A stretch of 64,000 nt of DNA from NCBI GenBank assembly GCA_023380635.1, contig JAMCRP010000002.1, positions 42,458 to 106,457 of the forward strand, read 5' to 3'. Positions 46,248 to 56,014 of this stretch are shown here, in pieces (positions within the stretch are counted from its first letter, which is position 1; each line of letters opens with the position of its first letter). The notes beneath the pieces were generated by a model, which ran no database searches, was not told the DNA's origin, and saw nothing but the letters and a program-made list of their open reading frames with translations. Source of the stretch: Patescibacteria group bacterium (GTDB lineage: Bacteria > Patescibacteriota > Microgenomatia > JAMCZE01). The position numbers and the translations under genes are program-made.

Positions 46248-46700
46248 TTACCCCCGCGGGTACTCCGGGGAATAGAGTCCGACCAGTTCAGCCCGGGCAA
46301 TGACGGCATTTTTTATCGCTTCTTCGAGTTCGTCGCGGTCGGCGCCCGGTTCCAGAGTTAAAAGTTTATTTAACGCGGACAACATGAAACGATAATGATG
46401 AACGCCTTCCGGCGGGCAAGGGGGGATATATCCGGTTTTTCGGGCGGAATTGGTGCCGGCTACCGCTTCGGCCGGAGTAGTTCCTTCAGGAATTTCCGTG
46501 ATCGTGGGGTTAATATTCCAGAGCAGCCAGTGGTCAAAAGTGCCGTTAGGCGCGTCAGGGTCGTCAACAATCAGGACCAGACTTTGGGCTTCGGCCGGGA
46601 CATCGGAAATTTCCAAGGGAGGATTAATACCGTCACCGTCGCAGGTGTAGATGGGGGGAATTGCTTCCTGGTTAGCAAAAGCCGGAGAGCTTATTTGCAT
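46248..46700 (-). CDS. YbhB/YbcL (PEBP/RKIP-like) protein
   Basis: YTCDG..INPPL, DDPDAP.GTFDHW, PPCPP.G.HHY.F. Confidence 0.92.
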   Translation of the reverse strand: MQISSPAFANQEAIPPIYTCDGDGINPPLEISDVPAEAQSLVLIVDDPDAPNGTFDHWLLWNINPTITEIPEGTTPAEAVAGTNSARKTGYIPPCPPEGVHHYRFMLSALNKLLTLEPGADRDELEEAIKNAVIARAELVGLYSPEYPRG

Positions 46701-46755
46701 ATTCTTACGATTTTATCTTTAAATTGTAAAAACATAAACGGAGAATGGTTAAGAT

Positions 46756-47220
46756 ATGGATTTAGTTTTGGCCGCAATTCTGGCCGCTGCGATTATTTTT
46801 TCCGCCTGGAAAGGAGGAACTCCGTTGCAGAAATTTTTTGAAGCGCCGCTGACAGACATTGCCAATAATCAAAGTCCTACGCTTCCCGGCGGGGCGCCGC
46901 TGGCTAATCCCTGGATTTATCCCGGAGCCACGCAAATTGATAATTCTAGCGGAGTAGTGACTTACGAAACTACCGACGAACCTTCCGCCGTAACTTCGTG
47001 GTACCAGGACCAGATTGCCAGAGGGGGGATGACCGTCACCTCGTACATTGTTACTAACACCAATGACAATGTGATCAACCGCCTGGTTGGCGCCAGTGCG
47101 GATGGCAGTGAAATTGAAGTGGAAATTGTCCGCCTGGCGGGAAGCAGTTACACGACGATTAGCCTTGGTGGAAGCGGAAACAGTACTACTATTCCGGGGC
47201 AAAATGCCCAGTCTATTTAA
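46756..47220 (+). CDS. Hypothetical exported protein
   Basis: Signal/TM, IYPGA..V.SWY motif. Confidence 0.65.
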   Translation: MDLVLAAILAAAIIFSAWKGGTPLQKFFEAPLTDIANNQSPTLPGGAPLANPWIYPGATQIDNSSGVVTYETTDEPSAVTSWYQDQIARGGMTVTSYIVTNTNDNVINRLVGASADGSEIEVEIVRLAGSSYTTISLGGSGNSTTIPGQNAQSI

Positions 47221-47229
47221 CCACCCGTT

Positions 47230-47781
47230 ATGATGCGCAAATTAATAATCGTGGCAGCAGTCCTCGGACTATTAGTAATAGCCGGGGGTAAATGGCTTAG
47301 CAGCCGCGCCAAACAAACTACGGTCGCCGATGCCACCAGCGTTACCGCTCAAGCCTCCGATGCTCCACTAAAATCAACCGAGATTAACCGGGAGTTTAGT
47401 TTTCCCATGCTGGATGCCAGCGGAAACGAAATTACCAAATTAAGCTATACGATCCAGTCGGCAGAGTTGCGAAATAATATTATCCTGCGCGGCCAGGAAG
47501 CGACAGCGGCTCCGGGCAAGGTGTTCTTAATTTTTAATTTGAAACTGCGCAATGGCTCTCCGGCCGGCGTGCAGCTTAACACGGCCGACTATTTGCGCTT
47601 AAATGTGAACGACAGTTCTGACTGGGTAGCTGCCGAAATTACCAACGATCCGGTAACGGTGCCGGCGATTTCCACTAAATTCACCCGGGTCGGTTTTCCC
47701 ATCAGTACTTCCGATAAAGATTACAAATTACAGGCTGGGGAAATAAAGGGCAGCAAAACCGTTATTCCCGTGAACTTCTAA
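47230..47781 (+). CDS. Membrane-anchored DUF4352-like Ig-fold protein
   Basis: TM, A.PGKVFLIFNLKLRN. Confidence 0.6.
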   Translation: MMRKLIIVAAVLGLLVIAGGKWLSSRAKQTTVADATSVTAQASDAPLKSTEINREFSFPMLDASGNEITKLSYTIQSAELRNNIILRGQEATAAPGKVFLIFNLKLRNGSPAGVQLNTADYLRLNVNDSSDWVAAEITNDPVTVPAISTKFTRVGFPISTSDKDYKLQAGEIKGSKTVIPVNF

Positions 47782-47921
47782 ATATAAATTCCCGTTCCTT
47801 CTTACATCTTCTTACTTTCCTTTCAACCGGTTCTCGTCAGAATCAGTTACTATCGGCCTCGAAGTGTCCTCGGTAGTTTAAGGCTACCGATTGCATTCTC
47901 AAAAAGGGAGGGGGTGAAATA

Positions 47922-49181
47922 ATGATTAAAGCAAAAATAGGAGCTATCCTCGCTTCAGGAGCCCTGCTTCTTTCCACTGCTATGCCAGCTTTTGCTCAGG
48001 GAACAACCAATCTAACGGTCTCTGATAATGGGGCTGACACGAACAATGTTATCAACAGTGATGTTACCAAGACCAATACTGTCGTGCAAAATAATACCGC
48101 GACAGTGACTAACGCGGTAACAGTAACCGGCGATACCGGCGGCAATGATGCCAACAAAAACACCGGCGGGTCCGTTTCCATTCAAACCGGAGACGCGACT
48201 TCCCGGGTTACCTTGAGCACTAAAGCCAATGTGAATGTGGCGACAACGCCGGATTGTAACGGATGCAGCGGGACTCTTAACGGATCAATTTCCGGAAATG
48301 GAGCAGACTCATATAACCATATTAATGCCAGTCAGACGACCACCAATTCGGTCTTCCAGAATAATCTGGCGGATATTACTAATGCCGTGACCACGGATTT
48401 GACGACCGGTGACAACCGGGCGAATGAAAATACCGGAGGAACTAGCGGCAAAGATGTGGCCATTATGACCGGCAATGCCGGATCAGAAGTAACCGTCAAT
48501 AACCGGGCTAATGCCAATCTGGCTAATCTCGGCGGCGGAACCGGGGCGGGCGGCAGTTCGACGACCAATTTGACGATTAGTCAAAACGGCGCGGACAGCA
48601 ACAGCACGATTAACCGTTCCAACATGCGGACAGACACGATTACCCAGAGCAATCTGGCGGATATTTCTAACGCCTTGACCCTTAGTGGCGGTACCGGCGG
48701 AAACCGGGCTGACGAAAATACCAATGACAGTGTTTTTGTCGGAACCGGAGACACGGCAGCTATCGCTACGGTCATGAACCGAGCCAATTTCAACGCGGCG
48801 ACGACCGATTGTGGCTGTCTTCTGACGGACAACAAAACAATTTCCGGAAATGGGGCAGACTCGTATAACCAGGTGAACCAAAGCCTTGCTGACAGTTTAA
48901 TGCTGTTTCAGGGCAGTGGTGACGAGCATCAAGCCGGCAACGGGGCCATGTTTAGTAATGCACTAACTATTGATCCTGTCACCGGGACAAACCACACTAA
49001 CGAGAATACCGGCACGACCGGGGCTAACGGAGTGGCGGTTTTAACCGGTAATTCCGGCAGTTTGGCGACGATTAACAATACGACCGGCGCCAATGTTTTC
49101 GGAAGTCTGACTCTACCCAACGGAACCGACCTGGGTCTTTCCTTTGACATGGGCGGTCTCTTTGGTTTTTTAGGGGTCTAA
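47922..49181 (+). CDS. Secreted Asn/Thr/Gly-rich repeat protein (4 NGADS..QxNxA..TGxNxAxxNT repeats)
   Basis: Signal peptide AFA; strong SD GGAGGGGGTG. Confidence 0.8.
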   Translation: MIKAKIGAILASGALLLSTAMPAFAQGTTNLTVSDNGADTNNVINSDVTKTNTVVQNNTATVTNAVTVTGDTGGNDANKNTGGSVSIQTGDATSRVTLSTKANVNVATTPDCNGCSGTLNGSISGNGADSYNHINASQTTTNSVFQNNLADITNAVTTDLTTGDNRANENTGGTSGKDVAIMTGNAGSEVTVNNRANANLANLGGGTGAGGSSTTNLTISQNGADSNSTINRSNMRTDTITQSNLADISNALTLSGGTGGNRADENTNDSVFVGTGDTAAIATVMNRANFNAATTDCGCLLTDNKTISGNGADSYNQVNQSLADSLMLFQGSGDEHQAGNGAMFSNALTIDPVTGTNHTNENTGTTGANGVAVLTGNSGSLATINNTTGANVFGSLTLPNGTDLGLSFDMGGLFGFLGV

Positions 49182-49190
49182 GTTTTTCCG

Positions 49191-49232
49191 GGTAGGTCTC
49201 CCGGTGTGCGGCACTTCCGCCGGGAGCCTGCC
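49191..49232 (+). other. GC-rich intergenic stem-loop without U-tract
   Basis: GGTAGGTCTCCCGG ... CCGGGAGCCTGCC. Confidence 0.6.
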
Positions 49233-49242
49233 AGAAATAAAA

Positions 49243-51444
49243 ATGATTAAATTTTCAATTAAAAAGAAAATAGCCGTCATCTTTTTAGCAATACTTTTAT
49301 TAGTACCGAGCAGTTATCCGGTATTGGCTGAAGAGACCAGTCCGGCGGCTCCGACAGCACCGAGTGCTCCTTCAGCTCCAACCGCGCCGTCTGAACCAAG
49401 TGCCCCGTCTGCACCGTCAACGCCCAGCGCACCCACTGCTCCGTCAACGCCCGAATCTCCGGCAGCAACAACGCCGGCTCCGGCCACAGATACCGTTTCT
49501 GCTAATCCCTCACCAGCCGCCGATCCGGCGCCGGCGACGCCAACTCAGCCACCGGCAACAACAACCCCGGTCCCGACTACCACGGCTGCCTCTACTGATC
49601 CGGCTCCAACAGCGAATACTACAAGTTCCGGAAGTCAGATTGCCACCGGCGGGACAGGTGAAACCAATTTAACAACCGCGCCGGCAACCACAACCGTAAC
49701 CGGAGTAGTTGACGGAAATACAAATTTAGCAAATCCCTCGTCCGGTAACTCGGCAACAGGAAGCGCAGACGATCCGGCAAACACGAATAACGGAGCGGGG
49801 TCCAATAACACCGCCAACGATACCAGTACTGCAACTAATAATGCTACCCAAACAAATACGGCGGCGGTTGATAATACCGTGACCGCCGCTTCAGTGACCG
49901 GGAACAATATCGCTTCCAAAAATACCGGCGGCGATACCAACTTAACCACCGGTGACGCCAATGTTTCCGGAACTCTTTTAACCACTGTCAACACGAATGC
50001 GGCCGGGGCGACAGTGGCGACTTTTAATGTGGCGGACAATCACACCGGGGATATTATTCTTGATCCCGGCAATGCCAGTGTTGTCAGTAACGGCAGTAAC
50101 CAAAGTAGCCTCAGTAACCAAAGTAACGGCGGCGGCTCGACAAATACCGTGGGGGCAGCTTCTACTGACACGGCAAATACTTTCCAAAACAATGTCGCCA
50201 CAGTCGGCGGCAGTTTAATTCTCACCGCCAATTCCGGTACCAACCAGGCGAATCTCAACACTGACGGGAATACCGGCGTAACAACGGGCAATGCCAATGT
50301 CGCCGGCAATGTTTTAAATTTCGTGAACAACAACATTGCGGGGAATGTTCTTTATAATGTCGTTAATATTTACGGCAAGTTAACCGGCGATATTATTTTG
50401 CCCGCATTGGCAGGCAGCAGTAACAACAGTGACCAAAGTAACCTCAGTAACCAAAGTAACGGCGATGGTTCGACAAATTCGGCAACAACCTCGGCAGAAA
50501 CTTCTGACGCGACTTTCCAAAATAATTCCGCAGACATTACCAATAATTTAGTATTAACCGCCACGACCGGCAGCAACAATAATAACCTCAATACCGGGGG
50601 CGACACGGCGGTTAAAAGCGGCACAGCGTCTGTCGATGCCAAAACGGTGACGGTGGCCAACACTAATGTGTCGGCCGGACAAACTGTTTGGCTGGTCCTG
50701 GTAAATGAAGCCGGCAAATGGGTGGGGCATATTTTGGGGATGGATCCGGGAACCAATGTCGCTGCTTCTTCAGGAACCACGGTAACCAATTCCGGAAACG
50801 GAGCAGACAGCATCAATGTGACCAACAGCAGTAACACCAGTAACAATTTAGTTGAACAAACCAACCTGTCAAAAGTGGTAAACAATCTTTTATTGTCGGC
50901 CAATACCGGCGGTAACCAGGCTAATAAAAACACCGGAGGAAACTCCACGATTTCCACGGGAAATGCCCAAATTATTGCCAATGTGGTGAATTTTGTGAAT
51001 GACAATATTGCCGGCGACGCCCGGCTGGTAGTCACTGTCGTGAATGTCTTTGGCAGCTGGTTCGGGGACTTTGTGACGCCGGGACAAACCAAAGAAAAAC
51101 CGACCGATCCGCCGGCGCCCGCGGAAAACAACCAGGAACAAATTACCGCTCAAAATACAGAAAGCCAAAACCAGCAGCCGCAAACAACCACGACGGTTAC
51201 TCAGACAGAAGAGAGTGTCACCCAGTTCGTCCATTCAGTCTTTTCTTCGCAGAACTTTCAGTCGGTCGCCGGAGCTAACACGGCGGAGCAGTCGGGACCA
51301 AATCTGGTAGCGGCGGCGCACGCTCTGTCTCTGCCGGCCAACTCCACCGCCCGGCGGATGGTAACAATTAATCTGGCTTATCTTCTGGGGTTAATTCCGC
51401 TAATTCTTGCAGGATTATGGCTAAAGCGCTATGCTCGAAAATAA
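49243..51444 (+). CDS. Secreted repeat protein of the same family, with PSAP linker and C-terminal TM
   Basis: Signal peptide, NGxGSxN..QxNxA..TGxN repeats, LPANS, then TM and basic tail; 9-nt AGTAAC tracts near 50085-50128 and 50417-50461. Confidence 0.8.
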   Translation: MIKFSIKKKIAVIFLAILLLVPSSYPVLAEETSPAAPTAPSAPSAPTAPSEPSAPSAPSTPSAPTAPSTPESPAATTPAPATDTVSANPSPAADPAPATPTQPPATTTPVPTTTAASTDPAPTANTTSSGSQIATGGTGETNLTTAPATTTVTGVVDGNTNLANPSSGNSATGSADDPANTNNGAGSNNTANDTSTATNNATQTNTAAVDNTVTAASVTGNNIASKNTGGDTNLTTGDANVSGTLLTTVNTNAAGATVATFNVADNHTGDIILDPGNASVVSNGSNQSSLSNQSNGGGSTNTVGAASTDTANTFQNNVATVGGSLILTANSGTNQANLNTDGNTGVTTGNANVAGNVLNFVNNNIAGNVLYNVVNIYGKLTGDIILPALAGSSNNSDQSNLSNQSNGDGSTNSATTSAETSDATFQNNSADITNNLVLTATTGSNNNNLNTGGDTAVKSGTASVDAKTVTVANTNVSAGQTVWLVLVNEAGKWVGHILGMDPGTNVAASSGTTVTNSGNGADSINVTNSSNTSNNLVEQTNLSKVVNNLLLSANTGGNQANKNTGGNSTISTGNAQIIANVVNFVNDNIAGDARLVVTVVNVFGSWFGDFVTPGQTKEKPTDPPAPAENNQEQITAQNTESQNQQPQTTTTVTQTEESVTQFVHSVFSSQNFQSVAGANTAEQSGPNLVAAAHALSLPANSTARRMVTINLAYLLGLIPLILAGLWLKRYARK

Positions 51445-52025
51445 TTATTCTCCTCCTCTTAATCGTTGGGTCTGGCCCTGGTTTCGCGCTGGCGGAATCT
51501 AATTCTGATATTTCCGGCAATGGGACCGGCACCACTAACGACATTTCTTCGGCGGTGACTTCGCAAACAACAGTGGTTCAGGCGTCGCCGGTAACTAAAA
51601 TTGAAAATATAATAAGTTTGGGCGCGGATACCGGCGGAAACAAGGCCAGCAAAAATATCGGTGAGGTTTCGATTGAAACGGGGAGTATTACGCAGGAAGT
51701 AAAAATTGAAAATAAAGCCAACGCCAATGTTACTGTTACTCCGCCCTGTCCGCCGTCTCCACCTCCGCCCGGACCACCGCCTCCTGGTCCGCCTCAGCCC
51801 CCAATCCTCCCTTCCGGAGGAGGGGAAAATAATAACAATACCAGTAGCAACACGACAGTAACGGAAACCAGCAGTTCCGGCAATAATACCGGTTCGTCTC
51901 CAAATAGCCCTGAAGTTCTTGGAGCCAGTACCGGGGAAATTTTGCCGGCAACCGGAAACAACTGGTACCCTGCGGTAGTTTTGCTATGGTTCGTTTTAAT
52001 CTCACTTGGCTTGGCAATTCGCTGA
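51417..52025 (+). CDS. Single-repeat family member with LPATG sortase signal
   Basis: Signal peptide, GNGTGTTN..ADTGGNKASKN, poly-Pro, VLGA..LPATG plus TM. Confidence 0.8.
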   Translation: MAKALCSKIIILLLLIVGSGPGFALAESNSDISGNGTGTTNDISSAVTSQTTVVQASPVTKIENIISLGADTGGNKASKNIGEVSIETGSITQEVKIENKANANVTVTPPCPPSPPPPGPPPPGPPQPPILPSGGGENNNNTSSNTTVTETSSSGNNTGSSPNSPEVLGASTGEILPATGNNWYPAVVLLWFVLISLGLAIR

Positions 52026-52534
52026 TTGCCCTGGGTCTGGCAGGGATAATTTTCACTTTTTATCCGCTGTTTGCTGTTTATTTCGCCAAACCGCCTCCGG
52101 TTCCCGCTGCCGACTCGGGAATTTATTTAAGTATTCCTAAAATTAATGCGGTTGCCCCGATAGTTTTAGGAGTTAATTCTCAGAATCCCGCGGCTTATCA
52201 AAAAGCTCTAGAACACGGGGTAGCTCAAGCGGCAGGAACTGCTCTTCCGGGTCAGCCGGGGACAATATATATATTTGCCCACTCTTCAGATCTACCTTGG
52301 CGTTTGACCCGCTACAACGCCGTATTTTTGCGCCTGGGAGAACTGACTAACGGGGATAAAATCACCATTACGGATAACGGTGTCGTATACAAGTACACTG
52401 TCTTTGATAAAAAAGTCGTCTGGCCAAACCAGGGACAATACTTACATCAGACTGCGAGTCAGCTTATTCTTCAGACTTGTACACCTCCCGGCACGGCCCT
52501 GGAGCGCCTTCTCATCTTCGCTCGGCCTGATTAA
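51986..52534 (+). CDS. Sortase
   Basis: GVAQAAGT.LPG, IFAHSS, LILQTCTPPGT..RL. Confidence 0.9.
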   Translation: MVRFNLTWLGNSLIALGLAGIIFTFYPLFAVYFAKPPPVPAADSGIYLSIPKINAVAPIVLGVNSQNPAAYQKALEHGVAQAAGTALPGQPGTIYIFAHSSDLPWRLTRYNAVFLRLGELTNGDKITITDNGVVYKYTVFDKKVVWPNQGQYLHQTASQLILQTCTPPGTALERLLIFARPD

Positions 52535-52966
52535 TTAAGAAGTTTTTTCTGCGATCTTACTGATCTGTCCGGCCGTAAAGTTAAATTGAAAAAGGACATG
52601 GGGATAGATGTTAACTATTGACCGATAAAGACTGGCAGGAGAAGTAAAATCCAGATTTTTGGAAAGCAGCTGGGTGTCAATTTCCACATTTTGGGAAGCC
52701 TGGCAGATTTGGTCAGTCCCGTTTGGAGCCGTCTGGCAATTTTGATTAAAAATGCCTGACGGATTATCGACCGGAGCGATTGTCATATTAACCATGGCAT
52801 TATTAAACGAGATATTTTTGATATACCCGGAAGCAACCGGCGGGATCGGCGCGGGAATTATGGCTCTGGCAGGTTCAAGAGATAACCAGCCGAACGCTGC
52901 CAGGATACCGGCAATTATTAAAACAATAAAAATTCCCAGCAAGACAAAGGTGAAGTTCTTCAGCAT
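52535..52966 (-). CDS. Hypothetical membrane-anchored protein
   Basis: N-terminal TM; TAGTAT 6 nt before the ATG. Confidence 0.6.
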   Translation of the reverse strand: MLKNFTFVLLGIFIVLIIAGILAAFGWLSLEPARAIIPAPIPPVASGYIKNISFNNAMVNMTIAPVDNPSGIFNQNCQTAPNGTDQICQASQNVEIDTQLLSKNLDFTSPASLYRSIVNIYPHVLFQFNFTAGQISKIAEKTS

Positions 52967-53079
52967 AGTTCCATACTATTCTCGAAAAATTAAATTTCTG
53001 AAAGAGCATGACCGAGCCTTGCCCCTTTCTTACAAAATTTTAGCCCCTTTTTTGTGCCTGAGCATTACCTTTAGACCCA

Positions 53080-53412
53080 ATGCTTGATATACCAGATAGG
53101 CAAAATATTACGGTTGACCATCAGGAGATTGCCGCTTGGGCGCAAAAGTTTAACGGCCGGCCGCAGCGAATCGGAGAAAATGGTTACAGTTCCATCCGCA
53201 TCGATTTTCCTGGTCACGGTGATGACACTTTTTTCAGTTCCGATAAACGCCCCGTGAACATCAGTTGGGACGAATTTTTCCGGATATTTGAAGAACAGCA
53301 CTTGGCTTTTATTCACGAAGACAAGGATGTTTTCGACCCCAGTCTGGCTTATCACTTCATTAAACGGGAAAACGCTTTCGAGGAAGAAACTATCGATCAC
53401 ATCTTCGGCTGA
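53080..53412 (+). CDS. Conserved hypothetical protein
   Basis: T.DH.EI..WA....GRP, RIDFPG, ISWDEFF..FEE..LAF motif set. Confidence 0.65.
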   Translation: MLDIPDRQNITVDHQEIAAWAQKFNGRPQRIGENGYSSIRIDFPGHGDDTFFSSDKRPVNISWDEFFRIFEEQHLAFIHEDKDVFDPSLAYHFIKRENAFEEETIDHIFG

Positions 53413-54122
53413 TTTTTAACCTCATACAGATAAAACGACTTCGGCGGCGACAGGTGACGCAGAACATCCAAGGCGACATTATGAACAGGAACCCCTTTTG
53501 GGGTTTTTCCCTGAAACTTTCCGTGGTGGGAATGACCGTGGAAGACGATGGTCGCGCCTAAATTATCAATGGGTTCGACTAACCGTGAGGAGCCTAAAAA
53601 TGGATAAACTTCCAACGATTCGCCTTCAATCGTCTCGGTGATCGGAGCATAGTGCAGCAGGACTATTTTTATTTTGGTCTCCAGATGGGATAGAGCCCGC
53701 TCCAGTTTTAGAGTCTCACCGATATCATCCGTGGCAAAAACTTTTATCGCCGGTTCCCCCCAGGGCGGCAGGTGGTGGGGGGCAAAGCCCCCGCCAAAGC
53801 CCTTGGCCCCGGCAAAACCCACACCGTCTTTAACGACCCAGTCGCCATCAAGAACCTGGACCCGTTCGCTTTCAATAATTTTTGTGACTTCCTCGATTTG
53901 GTCGCTCTCGAAGTCATGATTGCCTAGAACAGCCAGGACGGGGATGGAACAGTCTTTAAGCTGAGCTGCCAGGACTTTAGCCTCCGAAGGCTCGCCATGG
54001 TCGGTCAGGTCGCCGCCTAAAAGAAGAATATCCGCTTTTCCGGACACTTCCTTAAAAATTTCCCGGCAACTGTCGGGCTCGGATATTTTGGTGTGCAAAT
54101 CGGCAAGAGCAGCAATAATCAA
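53397..54122 (-). CDS. Calcineurin-like metallophosphoesterase
   Basis: DLH, GGDLTD, GNHD, LLHYAP, HGHSH. Confidence 0.9.
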   Translation of the reverse strand: MIIAALADLHTKISEPDSCREIFKEVSGKADILLLGGDLTDHGEPSEAKVLAAQLKDCSIPVLAVLGNHDFESDQIEEVTKIIESERVQVLDGDWVVKDGVGFAGAKGFGGGFAPHHLPPWGEPAIKVFATDDIGETLKLERALSHLETKIKIVLLHYAPITETIEGESLEVYPFLGSSRLVEPIDNLGATIVFHGHSHHGKFQGKTPKGVPVHNVALDVLRHLSPPKSFYLYEVKNQPKM

Positions 54123-54216
54123 TTTGAAATTTGAACTTTGAAATTTGAAATCAATTTTAAAATTTAAAATTAATCAATTTCAAATTCAATTCAAATTTAG
54201 AATTTCAAATTAAAAA
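54121..54216. repeat. Empty TTTGAAA/TTTCAAA inverted arms filling the entire spacer
   Basis: AATTTGA AATTTGA ACTTTGA AATTTGA ... TTCAAAT TTAGAAT TTCAAAT T. Confidence 0.9.
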
Positions 54217-54939
54217 TTAGTGTGTGATGTCTTTATATCCCCATTTTTCGATATCAATGCGGTAATCTGTTGTCGAGATAATAGACCCCCGGGTCACTCT
54301 ATTTTGCGGGGGATTGGTCCCAAACTGTTGTTCCAATCGGCTGGCCAGTTCCTTCATAACCCACTCCGGTACCAGATTGCGTTCGGAAGGGTAGATATAG
54401 CGAAACAAGATAAGGTGGATAAGCAAGATTTCCCAATTGCGTTCCAGAGTGCTCAAAAGATATTTCCAGTCAATATTTTTACTCTGTTTTAAGATTAAGT
54501 GGGCAATATCCGGACCTTCAAATTTCTCCCGTTCCACCCGGTAAATTCGGCTAATAATTAAATCGGATACCGATGGAACCCGTAAATCAAGGCCCAGGAT
54601 TTTGGCCGGTTGGGACCATTGAAACCAGCCGTCATTGACCTGCCAGGTGCCCTGAATGGAGCCGAAAACCAAATCGGCGATATTTTTGCGGCTGGTTTTG
54701 CCAAAAATTTTAGCCAGCCAACGGACATCCCAAACAGTAGTGGGAAATTTCCGGTCAGTAAATATTTTCAGAATTTTTGGGGAATCACTGGCTTTACAAA
54801 AGATGTCGATGTCTTTTGTCGGCCGCTCGATGCCGGTATAGTGCCGGACAGCAAAAGTCCCGCCGATCAGAAACGGGATGTCGGTTTTAGTCAGGATTTT
54901 CAGGACCTGCCGATAAAACCTTTCTGGTCCTTCGGCCAT
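54217..54939 (-). CDS. Pol-beta-type nucleotidyltransferase family protein
   Basis: FLIGGTFAV..YTGI.R.TKDIDIF. Confidence 0.8.
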   Translation of the reverse strand: MAEGPERFYRQVLKILTKTDIPFLIGGTFAVRHYTGIERPTKDIDIFCKASDSPKILKIFTDRKFPTTVWDVRWLAKIFGKTSRKNIADLVFGSIQGTWQVNDGWFQWSQPAKILGLDLRVPSVSDLIISRIYRVEREKFEGPDIAHLILKQSKNIDWKYLLSTLERNWEILLIHLILFRYIYPSERNLVPEWVMKELASRLEQQFGTNPPQNRVTRGSIISTTDYRIDIEKWGYKDITH

Positions 54940-54951
54940 GGGTGGAGTCTA

Positions 54952-55836
54952 CTACTTCGAAGCTTGAGTGCGAGTAAAATTCTGGTAATAATAATCTAAT
55001 ATAATCTGGGCGTTACTGATCCGGGCGCAAGTCTTTTGCAGCGCCTGATCGTCCTCAGGAGTCGGAGTAATGGTTTTGCTTTGAAAAGCATACATTAATG
55101 CCTGCGGGTCGCTCACATGGTCCATATTCAGGGCGTGTCCCAGTTCGTGAGCCAGAGTATGAATCAGTTCGTCCTTGGAATTAACATAATAAATAGAAAT
55201 AGTCTGGTTTTGGCCGTCAAACAGGCCCGATTCGGGTTTCTGAGCGATCACGGCATTAAAGGTATTCACGGTATTATTTAGTTGGTCGACCTGAAAGTTA
55301 TAATTATTGATGGAGATTTTTAAGCTGGCGGCTTCGGTCCGCAGGCTGTTTTCTTCAGTTTTCAGGGCTTGCTGACGGGAAATCAGACTGTCATAAACAT
55401 CTTTCGGAGCGCCCCCTTTGGCGTTCCAACTATCAATTTCGCTGTTTAGAGCCGCCACGCGGGCGGCAAAGTCATTCAGCTTGGCCTGAAACTGAGCTAC
55501 TTTGGAGTCTAAGGCTGTCCGGTCCGTATTGGTACCGCTTTCCATGTTTTGCACTTGAGAAGACAACTGCTGGCGCTCGTCATAAACAAAATTAATGATT
55601 AATTTCGCCTGTGGGTCTTCTTTTAAAACCGGCTTGCCCCAAGCCTGGTTCCAGATATCGGCTGCCTGAGTAATATCAGCCTCGGCAGCAGAGCTGGTTA
55701 GATTAAACCGGGGGTCAATAACGCCTAATTTATAGTCCACCGGGTGATCGCAGGGGTAATAATAGCTGTTATTCAAACACCAGATCACTCCCAACCCACT
55801 CAGCAGAGTTAAGACTAATATCCCCAAAGTTTTCAT
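54952..55836 (-). CDS. Matrixin (M10) metalloprotease with coiled-coil insert
   Basis: HELGHALNMDH..P.ALMY. Confidence 0.88.
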   Translation of the reverse strand: MKTLGILVLTLLSGLGVIWCLNNSYYYPCDHPVDYKLGVIDPRFNLTSSAAEADITQAADIWNQAWGKPVLKEDPQAKLIINFVYDERQQLSSQVQNMESGTNTDRTALDSKVAQFQAKLNDFAARVAALNSEIDSWNAKGGAPKDVYDSLISRQQALKTEENSLRTEAASLKISINNYNFQVDQLNNTVNTFNAVIAQKPESGLFDGQNQTISIYYVNSKDELIHTLAHELGHALNMDHVSDPQALMYAFQSKTITPTPEDDQALQKTCARISNAQIILDYYYQNFTRTQASK

Positions 55837-56014
55837 GGCTATCTATATTCAAGCACTCTGCCGGCCGGGTAGCAAGATCAGATAATTTGATCCTCTTCCA
55901 TAAATGGCAACGAACAAGTAATATTTAGGCCGTAACGATTAAAAACCGGATGAACTGGAATTTCGCCGACTTTGGACACTAATTGGATTTTAATTTTTTG
56001 AGTTAGGGGGGATA

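Noticed and set aside
49345-49460. PSAP 9-nt periodicity as a member of the repeat system
   Set aside because: Codons vary freely and there is no inverted arm; explained by a protein-level Pro/Ser/Ala linker
50370-51131. Long antisense ORFs (here and within the giant and ribosomal genes)
   Set aside because: Shadow frames of Thr/Asn/Gly-rich or biased coding strands, with no motifs of their own
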